NCBI GenBank assembly: GCA_965219685.1
Contig: CBDCOH010000002.1
Coordinates: forward strand, 3,456,001 to 3,520,000
Reading direction: 5' to 3'
DNA: 64,000 nt
Source of the DNA: Candidatus Spongiisociaceae bacterium
GTDB taxonomy: Bacteria; Actinomycetota; Acidimicrobiia; Spongiisociales; Spongiisociaceae
Shown: piece by piece, positions 38,246 through 48,145 of the stretch
How the letters are laid out: every line of letters begins with the position of its first letter
How positions within the stretch are numbered: the stretch's first letter is position 1
Position numbers and translations under genes: made by a program
The notes under the pieces: model-generated
Database searches by the model: none
What the model was told of the DNA's origin: nothing
Seen by the model: the letters and a program-made list of their open reading frames with translations, nothing else

Positions 38246-39826
38246 TCAGCGGCGCAGCACCCGTCCGCTTCTCGAACCGGTCTCCAGACCGTCGACCACG
38301 GTGGGTCCCCCGTTCACCAGCACGTGGCGGACGCCGGTCGCCGGACGGTTGGGTGCGTCCAGGGTCCCCCGATCCGAGAATCCATCAGGGTCGAAGACCA
38401 CCACGTCGGCCTGCTTGCCCTCGTCCAGGCGACCCCGGTCGGTGAGGCCGATCCGGTCCGCCGGCTGCGCGGTCAGCTTGTGGACGGCCTCTTCGAGGGT
38501 CAGCTCCCGCCGTTCCCTGACCATGGACCGGAAGAAGGATCCCGCCCATGTGTAGGCGCCGAGGAAGGTGGTCCCGGCCAGAGGGCCATCGGTGCACAGG
38601 GCGGTGGCGTCCGACTCGGTGGTGCACAGGGGGTGGCGGAAGGCGTGGGCGAGCATGTCGTCGTCGTAGGAATGGACGATGAGCAGGGCCCCATGGGGAT
38701 CGTCACCCTCGGCCAGCAGCAGGTCGTACATGGTGTCGAAGGGATCGCCGCTGGAGGGGGTCAGTTCCGCGATGCTGCGGCCGACCTTCCCCGGGGAGCC
38801 CTCGCTGCAGAACAGCGCGACCCGGTCCCATCCGCCCAGCCCGAACGAGGAGATGATGCTCTCGTAGCGCTTCAGGCGTTCCCTGGTGGACCGGTCGCTC
38901 AGGTAGCGCCGCAGCCGACCCGGACCTCCGTCGACCGCCCAAGAGGGTAGAACCGCGCTGAGGTTGGTGATTCCGTGCAGCCTGGTGTGGGCGTCGAACT
39001 CGACGTCCATCCCTCCGTCGTGGGCGGCCTCGACCAGTTCGATGCAACGCTCGAGGGAGTCCGGTGGACCGCCCCGCCGGGGGATGATATGCGACAGTTG
39101 CAGGCGCACTCCCGTCTCGGCGGCCGCCCGCAACCCCTCCTCGACCGCCTCGATCGCCAGCACCTCCCGGTTGCGTTCGTGCGTCGCATAGAGCCCGCCA
39201 CGGCGGGCCGTCACCCGGCACAACTCGACCAGCTCCTCCTCCGACGCTTCACGCTCGGCGGGATACTCGAGCCCGGTGGAGAACCCGAACCCTCCCGCAT
39301 CGAGTCCCTCCTCGAGCAGCCGGCCCATCCGGACGGTCTCGTCTCGGGTTGCCGGCCGAGTCACGTCCTCGACCACTGCCAGCCGCAGGTTCCCGTTCGG
39401 CACCAGGGTCGCCACGTTCAGGGCCGGTCGGGCTTCCTCCAACCGGGCCAGGTAGCCCTCCATCGTCGTCCAGTCGATCGGCAGGACATCCTGGTAGCCG
39501 TAGATGTTGCCGGTGAAGGCCTCGACATTCGGCCCCACCGGCGCGCAGCCGTGGCCGCAGTTGCCCACCAACTCGGTGGTCACCCCCTGGTATATCTGGC
39601 TGTGGGCCCGGGGATCGATCAGCAGCGTGAAGTCCGAATGGCTGTGGATGTCGATGAAGCCGGGCGCCACCACCGACCCGGCGGCGTCGAGCGACTCCCG
39701 GGCGCCCGCTCGGCTCAGGTCGCCGATCGCGCTGATCCGGTCCCCGGCTACTCCGATGTCGGCGTGGAAGGCGTCCGCGCCGGTTCCGTCCACCACGCGG
39801 CCTCCCCGGATAGCCAGGTCGAACAT
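38246..39826 (-). CDS. N-acyl-D-amino-acid deacylase (amidohydrolase)
   Basis: VVDGTG, APGFIDIHSHSD, GVTT..GNCG, RGRL..G..AD.VVFDP. Confidence 0.9.
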   Translation of the reverse strand: MFDLAIRGGRVVDGTGADAFHADIGVAGDRISAIGDLSRAGARESLDAAGSVVAPGFIDIHSHSDFTLLIDPRAHSQIYQGVTTELVGNCGHGCAPVGPNVEAFTGNIYGYQDVLPIDWTTMEGYLARLEEARPALNVATLVPNGNLRLAVVEDVTRPATRDETVRMGRLLEEGLDAGGFGFSTGLEYPAEREASEEELVELCRVTARRGGLYATHERNREVLAIEAVEEGLRAAAETGVRLQLSHIIPRRGGPPDSLERCIELVEAAHDGGMDVEFDAHTRLHGITNLSAVLPSWAVDGGPGRLRRYLSDRSTRERLKRYESIISSFGLGGWDRVALFCSEGSPGKVGRSIAELTPSSGDPFDTMYDLLLAEGDDPHGALLIVHSYDDDMLAHAFRHPLCTTESDATALCTDGPLAGTTFLGAYTWAGSFFRSMVRERRELTLEEAVHKLTAQPADRIGLTDRGRLDEGKQADVVVFDPDGFSDRGTLDAPNRPATGVRHVLVNGGPTVVDGLETGSRSGRVLRR

Positions 39827-39994
39827 CGGCGACCTCCCTTGCTCCGTTCACGCCGACGGCTCCACGGTGAACGGTAACCGCTATTGCCCGCTGCCGTCCC
39901 GGCCTAGACTTCGTCGGACACAACACCCGGTCATCCTGGGAGGGGTCCGCAGCGGGCGGCCCGGTTACCGGGACCCGAAGCAAGGACGGACCCG

Positions 39995-40363
39995 ATGAAG
40001 CACCTGCGCATTCCGATGATCATCCTGGCTGCTATCCATGTCGCTTTCACCGTCTTCACCGCGATGGTGGGGGCCTTCGCCGACGGCGGCTCGATCCCCG
40101 AGCGGATCCTCGTGAGCCTTGTCCACCCGGTCGCGGCGATCCTGCTCCTCGTGGCGGTCTCCTCCTCCAAGCCGCTCGCGAGGAAACTGCGGCGGGCAAC
40201 CCTCGCGGTGGTGCTGATAGCGGTCGCGGCGGACATCGTGCTGGCTGTTCTGATCGGCCAGGGTGCGGTGAAGGGTGATTGGAGCCTGCCGCTGGTTTTC
40301 GCAATCGTTCCGGTGTTGGGCCTCGCCTACATGTCGACCACGGCCGGAGAGAGTGGTGAGTAG
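39995..40363 (+). CDS. Hypothetical four-TM membrane protein
   Basis: Four hydrophobic segments; the last codons are encoded by the heptamer array. Confidence 0.75.
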   Translation: MKHLRIPMIILAAIHVAFTVFTAMVGAFADGGSIPERILVSLVHPVAAILLLVAVSSSKPLARKLRRATLAVVLIAVAADIVLAVLIGQGAVKGDWSLPLVFAIVPVLGLAYMSTTAGESGE

Positions 40364-40399
40364 TGAGTGGTGAGTAGTGAGTGGTGAGTGGTGAGTGGT
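40353..40399 (+). repeat. (GTRGTGA)x6 + partial unit
   Basis: Read directly; followed by A/C-rich CCATTCACCACCCACC. Confidence 0.93.
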
Positions 40400-40422
40400 C
40401 GTCCATTCACCACCCACCAGGG

Positions 40423-40508
40423 TGGGCGAGAGAGGACTCGAACCTCCACGAGCTAAAATGCTCACTGGGTCCTGAACCCAGCGCGTCTACCAATTCCGCC
40501 ACTCGCCC
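40423..40508 (-). tRNA. tRNA-Leu(CAG)
   Basis: GGGCGAG/CTCGCCC acceptor stem, CTGGG-TTCAGGA-CCCAG anticodon arm, long variable arm, GGTTCGAGTCC; no encoded CCA. Confidence 0.96.
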
Positions 40509-40569
40509 GGACCCCGCATAGTACCGGGCGGCGTACCGGCTAGCCACATCACAGGCGTAGGCTGGTGGG

Positions 40570-40761
40570 GTGAGAACGGATGAAGGGACGACACCCGAAG
40601 ACCTCGCGGCCGCGCTGAACTCCGAGCCGGTAGCGCTGGACGCCTTCCGCCGGCTACCGCCCAGCCACCGGCGCGAGTATCTGGACTGGATCGGCGAGGC
40701 CAAGCGGCGGGACACCCGGCGCCGCCGCATCGAGAAGACGATCAGGATGTTGCATGGCTAG
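40570..40761 (+). CDS. YdeI/OmpD-associated family protein
   Basis: PEDLAAAL, F..LPPSHRREY..WI.EAKR..TR.RRI. Confidence 0.85.
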   Translation: MRTDEGTTPEDLAAALNSEPVALDAFRRLPPSHRREYLDWIGEAKRRDTRRRRIEKTIRMLHG

Positions 40762-40815
40762 CTCCCGAGCGGCCCCGGTCGTTTCGAGGCGCCATGAGCC
40801 ATCGGGTGGACGGGC

Positions 40816-41802
40816 GTGAAGCGTTTCACGCTCCTGGCCCTGGCAGGGCTTCTGATCCTTGCTCTCGCCACGGGCCTCGTCGCCCAAGGGCTGGGGACCA
40901 TCTGGTCCAGGGCCGCGACGATCGCTCACGGTCTCGTGGGCCTGTCCTTCCTGCTGCTGGTTCCCTGGAAGTCGCCGATAGTCGGTTCGAGTCTGCGCCG
41001 CCGGCGGAGAGGGGCCGTCTGGTCCATCGCACTCCTGGTCGCCGTCGTCGTGACCATTGCGTCGGGCCTGCTCCAGATGACCGGCACCGTCCGGTCGATC
41101 GGTCCCCTGACCACCATGCAGGTCCACATAGGGGCCGCGGTGCTTGCGGCGGGCCTGGGAGTCTGGCACTACCGGAGCCGCCCGGTCCGGCCCCGCCCGG
41201 CGGATCTGCAGAGGCGCAACCTGGTCCGGGTGGCCGTCCTCACCGCTGGCGCCGGCGTCTTGCTCGCCGGGTGGGAGACCACGGTCGGCGCTACCGGCTG
41301 GCCGGGCGGCAGGCGCCGGTTCACCGGGTCGCACGAACGGGGGAGCGGCAACCCGGCCGCGATGCCGGTCACCCAGTGGTTCACCGACAAGGTGCCCCGC
41401 CTCGACCGGACCGAGGTGACCGTCGCCGGCCGGGTTTTCGGGGCGGACGACTTCGCCAGGCTGCCCCACGACACGTTGGAGGCCACGCTCGACTGCACGA
41501 GCGGCTGGTACTCCACCCAGGAGTGGCGGGGGGTGCGCCTCGACCGGCTCCTGGGGGATGTCCAAGGGGAGAGCATCGCGGTCCGCTCGGCGACCGGCTA
41601 CATCCGCCGGTTCCCGGCCGACGAGGCCGATCGGCTATGGCTGGCGTTCGAGTTGGGGGGTGCGCCACTCAGTGCCGGGCACGGATTCCCGGCCAGGATC
41701 GTGGCGCCCGGCCGGCGCGGCTTCTGGTGGGTCAAGTGGGTCGACTCGATCGAGGTCTCCGGAGTCCCGGCCTGGTTCCAGGTCCCGTTCCCGCTCACGT
41801 AA
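40816..41802 (+). CDS. Membrane-anchored molybdopterin oxidoreductase (sulfite oxidase family)
   Basis: N-terminal TMs; LDCTSGW, W.GV.L, HGFPARIVAPG.RG..WVKW. Confidence 0.85.
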   Translation: MKRFTLLALAGLLILALATGLVAQGLGTIWSRAATIAHGLVGLSFLLLVPWKSPIVGSSLRRRRRGAVWSIALLVAVVVTIASGLLQMTGTVRSIGPLTTMQVHIGAAVLAAGLGVWHYRSRPVRPRPADLQRRNLVRVAVLTAGAGVLLAGWETTVGATGWPGGRRRFTGSHERGSGNPAAMPVTQWFTDKVPRLDRTEVTVAGRVFGADDFARLPHDTLEATLDCTSGWYSTQEWRGVRLDRLLGDVQGESIAVRSATGYIRRFPADEADRLWLAFELGGAPLSAGHGFPARIVAPGRRGFWWVKWVDSIEVSGVPAWFQVPFPLT

Positions 41803-42809
41803 TGCGGCCCTACCCGTACCGCCGCCGCCGCAACGTGTGGTGGTGGATCCTTCTCGTATGCCTGCTGGTCGTCGCCGCGGCACTGGTGGTCAACAGCCGG
41901 GAGACCGAGATCCGTCGCGAGGCATCCTTCTTCGACGCGACCAGAGCCCTGGCGCAGGAGGTGGACCAGGTTGCCGCCGGGTACCGCCGCCTGGTCACCA
42001 CCGAGTTGCGGGGAATCACGCGAGACGACTTCGAGGCCCTGATGGACCGGTTGAGCAAGCAGATGGCGCAGCACTCGGCCGGACTGAAGGAGGTCGACGC
42101 ACCCGGCTCGGCGCGAGCCGCCCGGGAGATGCTGGACATAGCGTTCGAGTCGTGGGCGGCCGGCCTCGACGAGTTCCGGATCGCAGTGACGGAAGTGGTC
42201 GACGAGCCGACCAGCACGGCTCCGGTGGCCCGGCTCGGTGGGGCCATCGTCCAGCTCCGGGTGGGGGACCTGATGTATGGCCGCTACCTGGGCGCCGCCG
42301 ATGCGATGATCGAGGAGTCCGACGTGAGGCTCGGCGAGGTCCCGACGATCGTCTTCGTCAGCGACCATCGGGTACTGCTGGATGCGGCGGGGCTGGCCCG
42401 GACGATCCGAAGCAGCACGCAGATGGGGGTCCGGCGTGATGTCGTGATACTGCAGGTGGTCTTCGAGCCGCTGCCGAGCGGAGGACTGGGCGAGGACGGA
42501 GAGCGGATCTTCCCGGTAACCGACCAGTTGCAGTTCAGCGCGGTGATCGGCAACCGGGGAAACGTGGACCAGAAGGGCCTCAAGGTCACCGCCCGGGTGA
42601 TCTCCGAGGCAGGGGAGGTCCTCACCACGCTCGACAGCCACACGGTCGACCTGGCGCCCGGCGATGTCGGATCGGTCCTGTTCCCTCCCACCGCGGTCGA
42701 TCCCGGCGCCGAGTACATGCTGCGATTCAACCTCACCGTCTTGGAGGACGAGGTCGAGACGCAGGACAACGTGTGGGAATCCCAGATACGGATCAATCCA
42801 CCGGGGTAG
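41802..42809 (+). CDS. Membrane-anchored hypothetical protein with C-terminal CARDB/Ig-like domain
   Basis: ATG overlaps the upstream TAA; N-terminal TM; IGNRGN...LAPG...EVETQDN. Confidence 0.7.
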   Translation: MRPYPYRRRRNVWWWILLVCLLVVAAALVVNSRETEIRREASFFDATRALAQEVDQVAAGYRRLVTTELRGITRDDFEALMDRLSKQMAQHSAGLKEVDAPGSARAAREMLDIAFESWAAGLDEFRIAVTEVVDEPTSTAPVARLGGAIVQLRVGDLMYGRYLGAADAMIEESDVRLGEVPTIVFVSDHRVLLDAAGLARTIRSSTQMGVRRDVVILQVVFEPLPSGGLGEDGERIFPVTDQLQFSAVIGNRGNVDQKGLKVTARVISEAGEVLTTLDSHTVDLAPGDVGSVLFPPTAVDPGAEYMLRFNLTVLEDEVETQDNVWESQIRINPPG

Positions 42810-42841
42810 TTGCTAGTTGCTAGTTGCTAGTTGCTAGTGGT
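42807..42841 (+). repeat. (TAGTTGC)x4 + TAGTGGT
   Basis: The first TAG is the stop of the preceding CDS. Confidence 0.93.
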
Positions 42842-42931
42842 GATGGATACCGGTTGTGTTCCGGGCCCAAACGGTATGCACCACCGAGGACGGGCTACCA
42901 ACTGCCGGCAGCCGGGGCGTAGAATCGGCGC

Positions 42932-44185
42932 ATGATCGACATCTCTGTTCTGAGGCAGGAGCCTGAGAACCTCAAGGCTGCCCTGGCCAGGCGGGGTCTG
43001 GATCTGGACGTTGACGCCATGGTGCTGCTTGACGAGGCCCGCCGGAACACCCGCGTGGCGGCAGAGCAGATGCGGGCCGAGCAGAGGAACCTCGGCCGCC
43101 GGATCGCTCGTCTCGAAGGCGACTCCAAGCGGGCCGCGATCGCTCGGGCCGGGAAGCTCGCCGCCGACTACCGGAGTACCTTGTCCAGAGCGGATGAGAT
43201 GGACGAGGAGTTCCGGGAACTCTGGATCAAGGTTCCGAACGTAGCACATGCCAGCGCGGCCGACGGCTTCGCGGAGGAGGACAGCCTCGAGTTCAAGCGA
43301 TGGGGCGACATACCGGAGCGTGGCTTCCCCTCCAAGGACCACCGGGAGTTGGGTGCTGCCCTAGGGATGATCGACATCGAGCGGGCAGCCAAGGTGTCGG
43401 GAAGCCGCTTCGGCTACCTGACCGGCCCGGCTGTGATCATCGAGTTCGGCCTGGTGCGCATGGCGCTCGACCTGTTGGGGCAAGAGGGGTTCACACCGGT
43501 CGTCCCTCCCGTCCTGGTTCGCGAGCGGGCGCTCTTCGGCACCGGTTTCTTCCCGGATGACGACCAGCAGGTCTACGAACTGCCACGCGACGACCTGTTC
43601 CTCGTGGGGACCTCGGAGGTGGCGCTGGCCGCCTACCACACCGACGAGATCCTCCCGGAGGACGACCTGCCGCTGCGCTACGCGGGATTCTCGAGTTGCT
43701 TCCGGAGGGAGGCCGGCGCCGCCGGCAAGGACACCTCCGGCATCTTCCGGGTCCACCAGTTCGACAAAGTGGAGATGTTCTCCTTCTGCCATCCCGACCG
43801 CTCGTGGGAGGAGCACGAGTTCCTGCTGTCCCTGGAGGAGGCGATAGTCCAATCCCTCGAGATCCCGTACCGCGTCGTCAACGTGGCGGCCGGCGACCTG
43901 GGCTCGTCCGCCGCCAAGAAGTACGACATAGAAGCGTGGATCCCCTCGCAGGGACGCTACCGGGAGATCACCTCGTGCTCGAACACCACCGACTTCCAGA
44001 GCCGCCGCCTCCGGATACGCTTCCGCTCGGAGGCCGGAAACCGGCTGGTGCACACCCTCAACGGGACGGCGGTGGCGGTGGGACGCCTCCTCATCGCCCT
44101 GCTGGAGAACCACCAGCAGGCCGACGGTTCCGTCGTCGTACCCGCGGCCCTGGGTCCCTACGTCGGCTTCGACAGGGTCGGATGA
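42932..44185 (+). CDS. serS: Serine--tRNA ligase
   Basis: LVGTSEV, CFRREAG, GIFRVHQFDKVE, EITSCSN, HTLNGT; TAGAAT 6 nt upstream. Confidence 0.97.
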   Translation: MIDISVLRQEPENLKAALARRGLDLDVDAMVLLDEARRNTRVAAEQMRAEQRNLGRRIARLEGDSKRAAIARAGKLAADYRSTLSRADEMDEEFRELWIKVPNVAHASAADGFAEEDSLEFKRWGDIPERGFPSKDHRELGAALGMIDIERAAKVSGSRFGYLTGPAVIIEFGLVRMALDLLGQEGFTPVVPPVLVRERALFGTGFFPDDDQQVYELPRDDLFLVGTSEVALAAYHTDEILPEDDLPLRYAGFSSCFRREAGAAGKDTSGIFRVHQFDKVEMFSFCHPDRSWEEHEFLLSLEEAIVQSLEIPYRVVNVAAGDLGSSAAKKYDIEAWIPSQGRYREITSCSNTTDFQSRRLRIRFRSEAGNRLVHTLNGTAVAVGRLLIALLENHQQADGSVVVPAALGPYVGFDRVG

Positions 44186-44201
44186 CAGGCGGGCGGGGTT
44201 G

Positions 44202-44843
44202 GTGACATCCCGCCGGCCGGACGCGGTCTTTGCCAAGATCGCCCGCCGGTACGACCTGGTCAACCGGGCGCTCTCCCTCGGGCGGGAGCAGGCCTGGCGC
44301 AGATCGGTGATCGACCGCCTCCCCCCCGGCCGCCTGCTCGACCTCGGCGCAGGCACCGGCACAGCCGGACCCCTGTTCGGCGAGCGGCCCGTGATCGCAC
44401 TGGATCCGGTCTCCCAGATGCTGGCGCTCAACGGCTCGGAGACGAAGGTGGTCGGGATGGGCGAGGCATTGCCCTTCGCGGACGGAGCCTTCGACGCGGT
44501 GTTCTCGGCCTACGTATTCCGCAACCTCGACTCGGTGGATGCCACGCTGGCTGAGATCTCCCGGGTCCTGCGGCCCGGCGGCGTGGCGGGTGTCGTCGAC
44601 CTCGGCCGCCCGAGGAACAGGCTCGCGGCAGCCGCCCATCGGGCCGGATCGGCGTTAGTGGTCCCGCTGGCCGGTGCTCTGGCCGGTGCTCTGGCCGAGT
44701 ACAGGTACCTCAACCGGTCGCTGGACAAGCTGCCCCCACCCGAGCAACTCTTCATGGACTCGCCACTCCGGGTCCAGGAACTCTGGAGGATGGGACCGCT
44801 GGGCTTCGTCTACGGCGCGATCCTGGTGAGTGGTGAGTGGTGA
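44202..44843 (+). CDS. UbiE/MenG-type SAM methyltransferase
   Basis: F..IA.RYD..N..LS.G....WR, LDLGAGTG, LPFAD..FD, RVLRPGG. Confidence 0.85.
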   Translation: MTSRRPDAVFAKIARRYDLVNRALSLGREQAWRRSVIDRLPPGRLLDLGAGTGTAGPLFGERPVIALDPVSQMLALNGSETKVVGMGEALPFADGAFDAVFSAYVFRNLDSVDATLAEISRVLRPGGVAGVVDLGRPRNRLAAAAHRAGSALVVPLAGALAGALAEYRYLNRSLDKLPPPEQLFMDSPLRVQELWRMGPLGFVYGAILVSGEW

Positions 44844-44864
44844 GTGGTGAGTGGTGAGTGGTTG
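44823..44864 (+). repeat. Heptamer array (GTGGTGA), about 6 units
   Basis: Encodes the last residues (VSGEW*) of the methyltransferase. Confidence 0.93.
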
Positions 44865-44929
44865 TTGTTAGGTAGTCGTCGGGGGTTAGGGGTAGCTCGG
44901 GGCGCGCTCCAGATCAGCGGAGCGACGGG

Positions 44930-46168
44930 CTAGCGGGAGAGGGTGGCGCGCAGTCGGGGAGTCGACAGCACCACCAGGATTATGACCAGGGCGGGACCCG
45001 CAGCCACCAGGTTGAGCAGGGCGTACCCGACAGCGCTCAGCAGCAGTCCGGCGCTCAGGCTCCCGAGCATCACCATGGTCCAGATGGCCGAATCCGCCCA
45101 TCCCTCCACCACTTGGCGAACCTGCGACGGGGAGGAGGCGAACAGCATGGAACTGCCCGCCACGAAACTGAAACTCCATCCCAGCCCCAGCAGGAACAGA
45201 CCGGCTCCCAGTAGCCAGTTGCTCTCGTACGGGGCGGTTCCGGACACGAGCAGGGAGGCCCAGGTCACCACCGCTCCGATGCCGAGGGAAGGCAGGTATC
45301 CGATGCGGTCCACCAGCCTTCCCACCAGGGGAGCGAAGGCGAACATCCCCAATGCGTGGACGGAGAGCACCAGGCCCACGCTGTCGAGACCGTAGCCCGC
45401 ATCCTCGATGCGGAGCGGAGTGGTCGTCATTACCAGGACCATCGCCCCCTGTGCCGAAAGCAAGGCCAGGATCGACAGCTGTACCGCCGGAAGCCGCAGC
45501 GCCGGGCCGGCGGAACGCGTGGAGGTTGCCGCCTGATGCGCTGTGACGGCCACACGGGAAGGATCGGGTCGGAGAGCCGTCAGGAAGAGCAGCCAGCAGA
45601 GCAGGAACGCAACCACCGCGAGCAGGAAGGCGCCTCCGTAAGGGGTACCCAACCAGTCCTCTGTCACCCGACCCACGCTGTCCACGAGGTTGGCGCCGAC
45701 CAGGGATCCGATCGTGCCCGACCAGACCAGGATCCCCACAGCCCGGCCCCGCCGGTGGTCCTCGGCGAGTTCGGCTGCCGCATACCGGGTCAGATGGATG
45801 GCTCCCAGGCCCCCTCCCACGAACACGGCTCCGCCCACCAGCAGCCAGTACCATCCGAGCACCACCCCGAGGAGTTCCAGGGTGGCTCCCAGTGCCGAAA
45901 CCGGCGGGCCCACAAGCATGATGAAACGGCGCCCACGGCGAGCGCTCAACCTCCCCAGGAGATTGGTCCCGAGAGCCTGACCCAGCGCGCCGGCCGCCAG
46001 GGGGAAGCCGGCGATCACGGTCGACCCGGTCAGGGAGCGGGCCGCCACAGTGGCAACCGTCAGCGTCGCTACGAAAGCGGTCCAGCCCAGCACCGCACCA
46101 GAGAAGAGAACATAGACCAGCCGACGACGAATGGAGGCGAGACGGGTGTCGGGAGTCTGAGATACCAC
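44930..46168 (-). CDS. MFS transporter
   Basis: LSARRGRR, RYAAAEL..RGRA, GRLVDRIG; start GTG 46168 is approximate. Confidence 0.88.
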   Translation of the reverse strand: MVSQTPDTRLASIRRRLVYVLFSGAVLGWTAFVATLTVATVAARSLTGSTVIAGFPLAAGALGQALGTNLLGRLSARRGRRFIMLVGPPVSALGATLELLGVVLGWYWLLVGGAVFVGGGLGAIHLTRYAAAELAEDHRRGRAVGILVWSGTIGSLVGANLVDSVGRVTEDWLGTPYGGAFLLAVVAFLLCWLLFLTALRPDPSRVAVTAHQAATSTRSAGPALRLPAVQLSILALLSAQGAMVLVMTTTPLRIEDAGYGLDSVGLVLSVHALGMFAFAPLVGRLVDRIGYLPSLGIGAVVTWASLLVSGTAPYESNWLLGAGLFLLGLGWSFSFVAGSSMLFASSPSQVRQVVEGWADSAIWTMVMLGSLSAGLLLSAVGYALLNLVAAGPALVIILVVLSTPRLRATLSR

Positions 46169-46306
46169 TCGACACCGGAGTGTATTACGTACGCATCGCG
46201 GCCGGAAACGGCGACGAGGACGCCGAAGTCGGCGGAGGGAGCCACTGCCGCTTCTCGAATCCAATACGATCTCGTAGGGCCTCACTCAGGTTCTGTATCC
46301 CTGGTC

Positions 46307-46581
46307 AACCCGGCCGGGGACGCTATCACCGCCGCGCTTCCCAGCAACAACACACGCCGCGAGCACCACCCCGCCCTGCCACATGCAGACGTAGCGGCCA
46401 GCATCGCCACCATCCGAGCCTCAGCCGCCCACCCAACCACCGTCCTCGCGTTCGAGTTCCTGGTACCCACAGCCTGCCGCTCCGGTGAGTACGAGGCGCC
46501 CATTGGGACGGGATGGACCTAGACACAGCCACATGGACGATCCTTTCCTCCCGCATCAAATCCGCCCGCGAACATCGCGTT
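46307..46581 (+). pseudogene. P4-like tyrosine integrase fragment, frameshifted
   Basis: NPAGDAITAALP...HHPALP...LAFEFLVPTACRSGE, then after a 1-nt shift at 46489, VRGAHWDGMDLDTATWTI...KSAREHRV. Confidence 0.85.
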
Positions 46582-46607
46582 CGGTCGGGAGTGCGTCTCC
46601 TGTGGGT

Positions 46608-47633
46608 TCAGTTCTGTTCGTTCCACAGCCGTGCTCGGGTCATGAACACAGTCGGGTCGTTCCGCCAATCGATGAAGTCGATACGGTTGCCGTCGGTGAC
46701 CCAGTCGATTCTGCTGTCCAGACAGCGGACAAGATCAACGTCGCCGGCAGCGGCCGCGAAGCCGCCCCGCTCCTCGCTGCTGGTGTCCACCGCTGTGACC
46801 ACCAAGCCACCACCCGACGCGTCGGCTGTGTCGCTGTTGCCGATAACACCGCGTGCTATCCCGTCGATCCGGCCTTCGGCCAGAGCGGTGATCAACTCGG
46901 CCTCGCCCCCGCTGTCGCCCATGTACCGGACCTGGGGCATCTCCCCCGACGCGGGATACAGATACGAACGCTGTTCGAGGCCGGGAGAAGCCCCCGCCGC
47001 GTGGATGAAGAAGGCATCAGAACCGTCAGCCGTCACCGTCCCGGCGGGTGTGGCTATCCGAACGCCCTCTGCCAGCACCCCTTCTTCGTTCGTGATGCCA
47101 GCCAAGACCAGTAGACGGGCCTCGCCGGTCGTGGCCCGCAGAACGCCGATCACCACGTCGGAACTCAGATCCGAATGGGTCGCGAACCGCTCCGCGTCCC
47201 CGGCCCGGACGAGGAGGGATTGGCTGAACGTGATGTGGCCCTTCGTGAAGCTCACCACCACGTTGCCTGCGTCGTCGCGGGTTCGGGACTCGAGGATCGT
47301 TATACCCCCGCCCACGATGTCAAAGTCCGCTTCGGCGGGCCGAAGCCAGATATCGTCCCAGCGCTGGAGCCCGTGACGCTCGAACGTCAGACCAGTGTCG
47401 TCCATGGCCTCGACCGCGGTCAACAAGTCGGCTTCGTAGCCCAGATGGACGTCGAACCCGCCATCGTCGGGACCTGCGGCAGCGCTGTAGCTCACCGGCT
47501 TGAAGTAGGCGTAGAACCCCACATCGAGAACCCGCCCCGTGCTCGGACATCCCGACACATCCGCGGTACCACAACCAGACACCACGACCACCACCAAGAC
47601 CAACGCGAGCACCGCCGCCCTGCGGGACTTCAC
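46608..47633 (-). CDS. ABC transporter substrate-binding lipoprotein (family 3-like)
   Basis: Lipobox VVSGC; GFYAYFKPVSY, GYEADLL, GITI...R, GV...TTGE, L..G.IDG. Confidence 0.8.
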   Translation of the reverse strand: MKSRRAAVLALVLVVVVVSGCGTADVSGCPSTGRVLDVGFYAYFKPVSYSAAAGPDDGGFDVHLGYEADLLTAVEAMDDTGLTFERHGLQRWDDIWLRPAEADFDIVGGGITILESRTRDDAGNVVVSFTKGHITFSQSLLVRAGDAERFATHSDLSSDVVIGVLRATTGEARLLVLAGITNEEGVLAEGVRIATPAGTVTADGSDAFFIHAAGASPGLEQRSYLYPASGEMPQVRYMGDSGGEAELITALAEGRIDGIARGVIGNSDTADASGGGLVVTAVDTSSEERGGFAAAAGDVDLVRCLDSRIDWVTDGNRIDFIDWRNDPTVFMTRARLWNEQN

Positions 47634-48145
47634 GAACGAAAGGCCAGAACCGGGCACCGCACCCCTAACCACACCGATCGGGACACATCGTATCGGACAG
47701 CCCCACCCGGCTGGCACACGGCAAGCCCTCGCCGGGGATGAACCGGATCACAAGACCACGAAGACGTTGCCGCCCCCCAAAGCTAAGGAACCCGACTGGA
47801 CGCTGATCTCAACCCGCACCCCCCCAACGTTCTGGAACGACTCGCCCCCAGCAATCACATGCCGGAACTCCGTTCGCGACCGGTTCGGAACCCGAACCTA
47901 CCGGCTGACCCGGCGGAAAACCTCAAGGAATCGACACCGATGGTCCATGTCCGTGTCGACGCGGATCCAAGCCCGACGGTGGTGTTCTGACGGATCAGCT
48001 AGCCCCCGCCACCGAACGGCGGATCAAGGGCCGGGACGGGGAGTAGCCGGAGGCCACAGAATGTCAATCGGTACCCGGGAGGGCCCTATCCCTCGTACCA
48101 CTTCCCTACCCTCGTCGTTCTGGGAGGGACAACGGACGCTACAGG

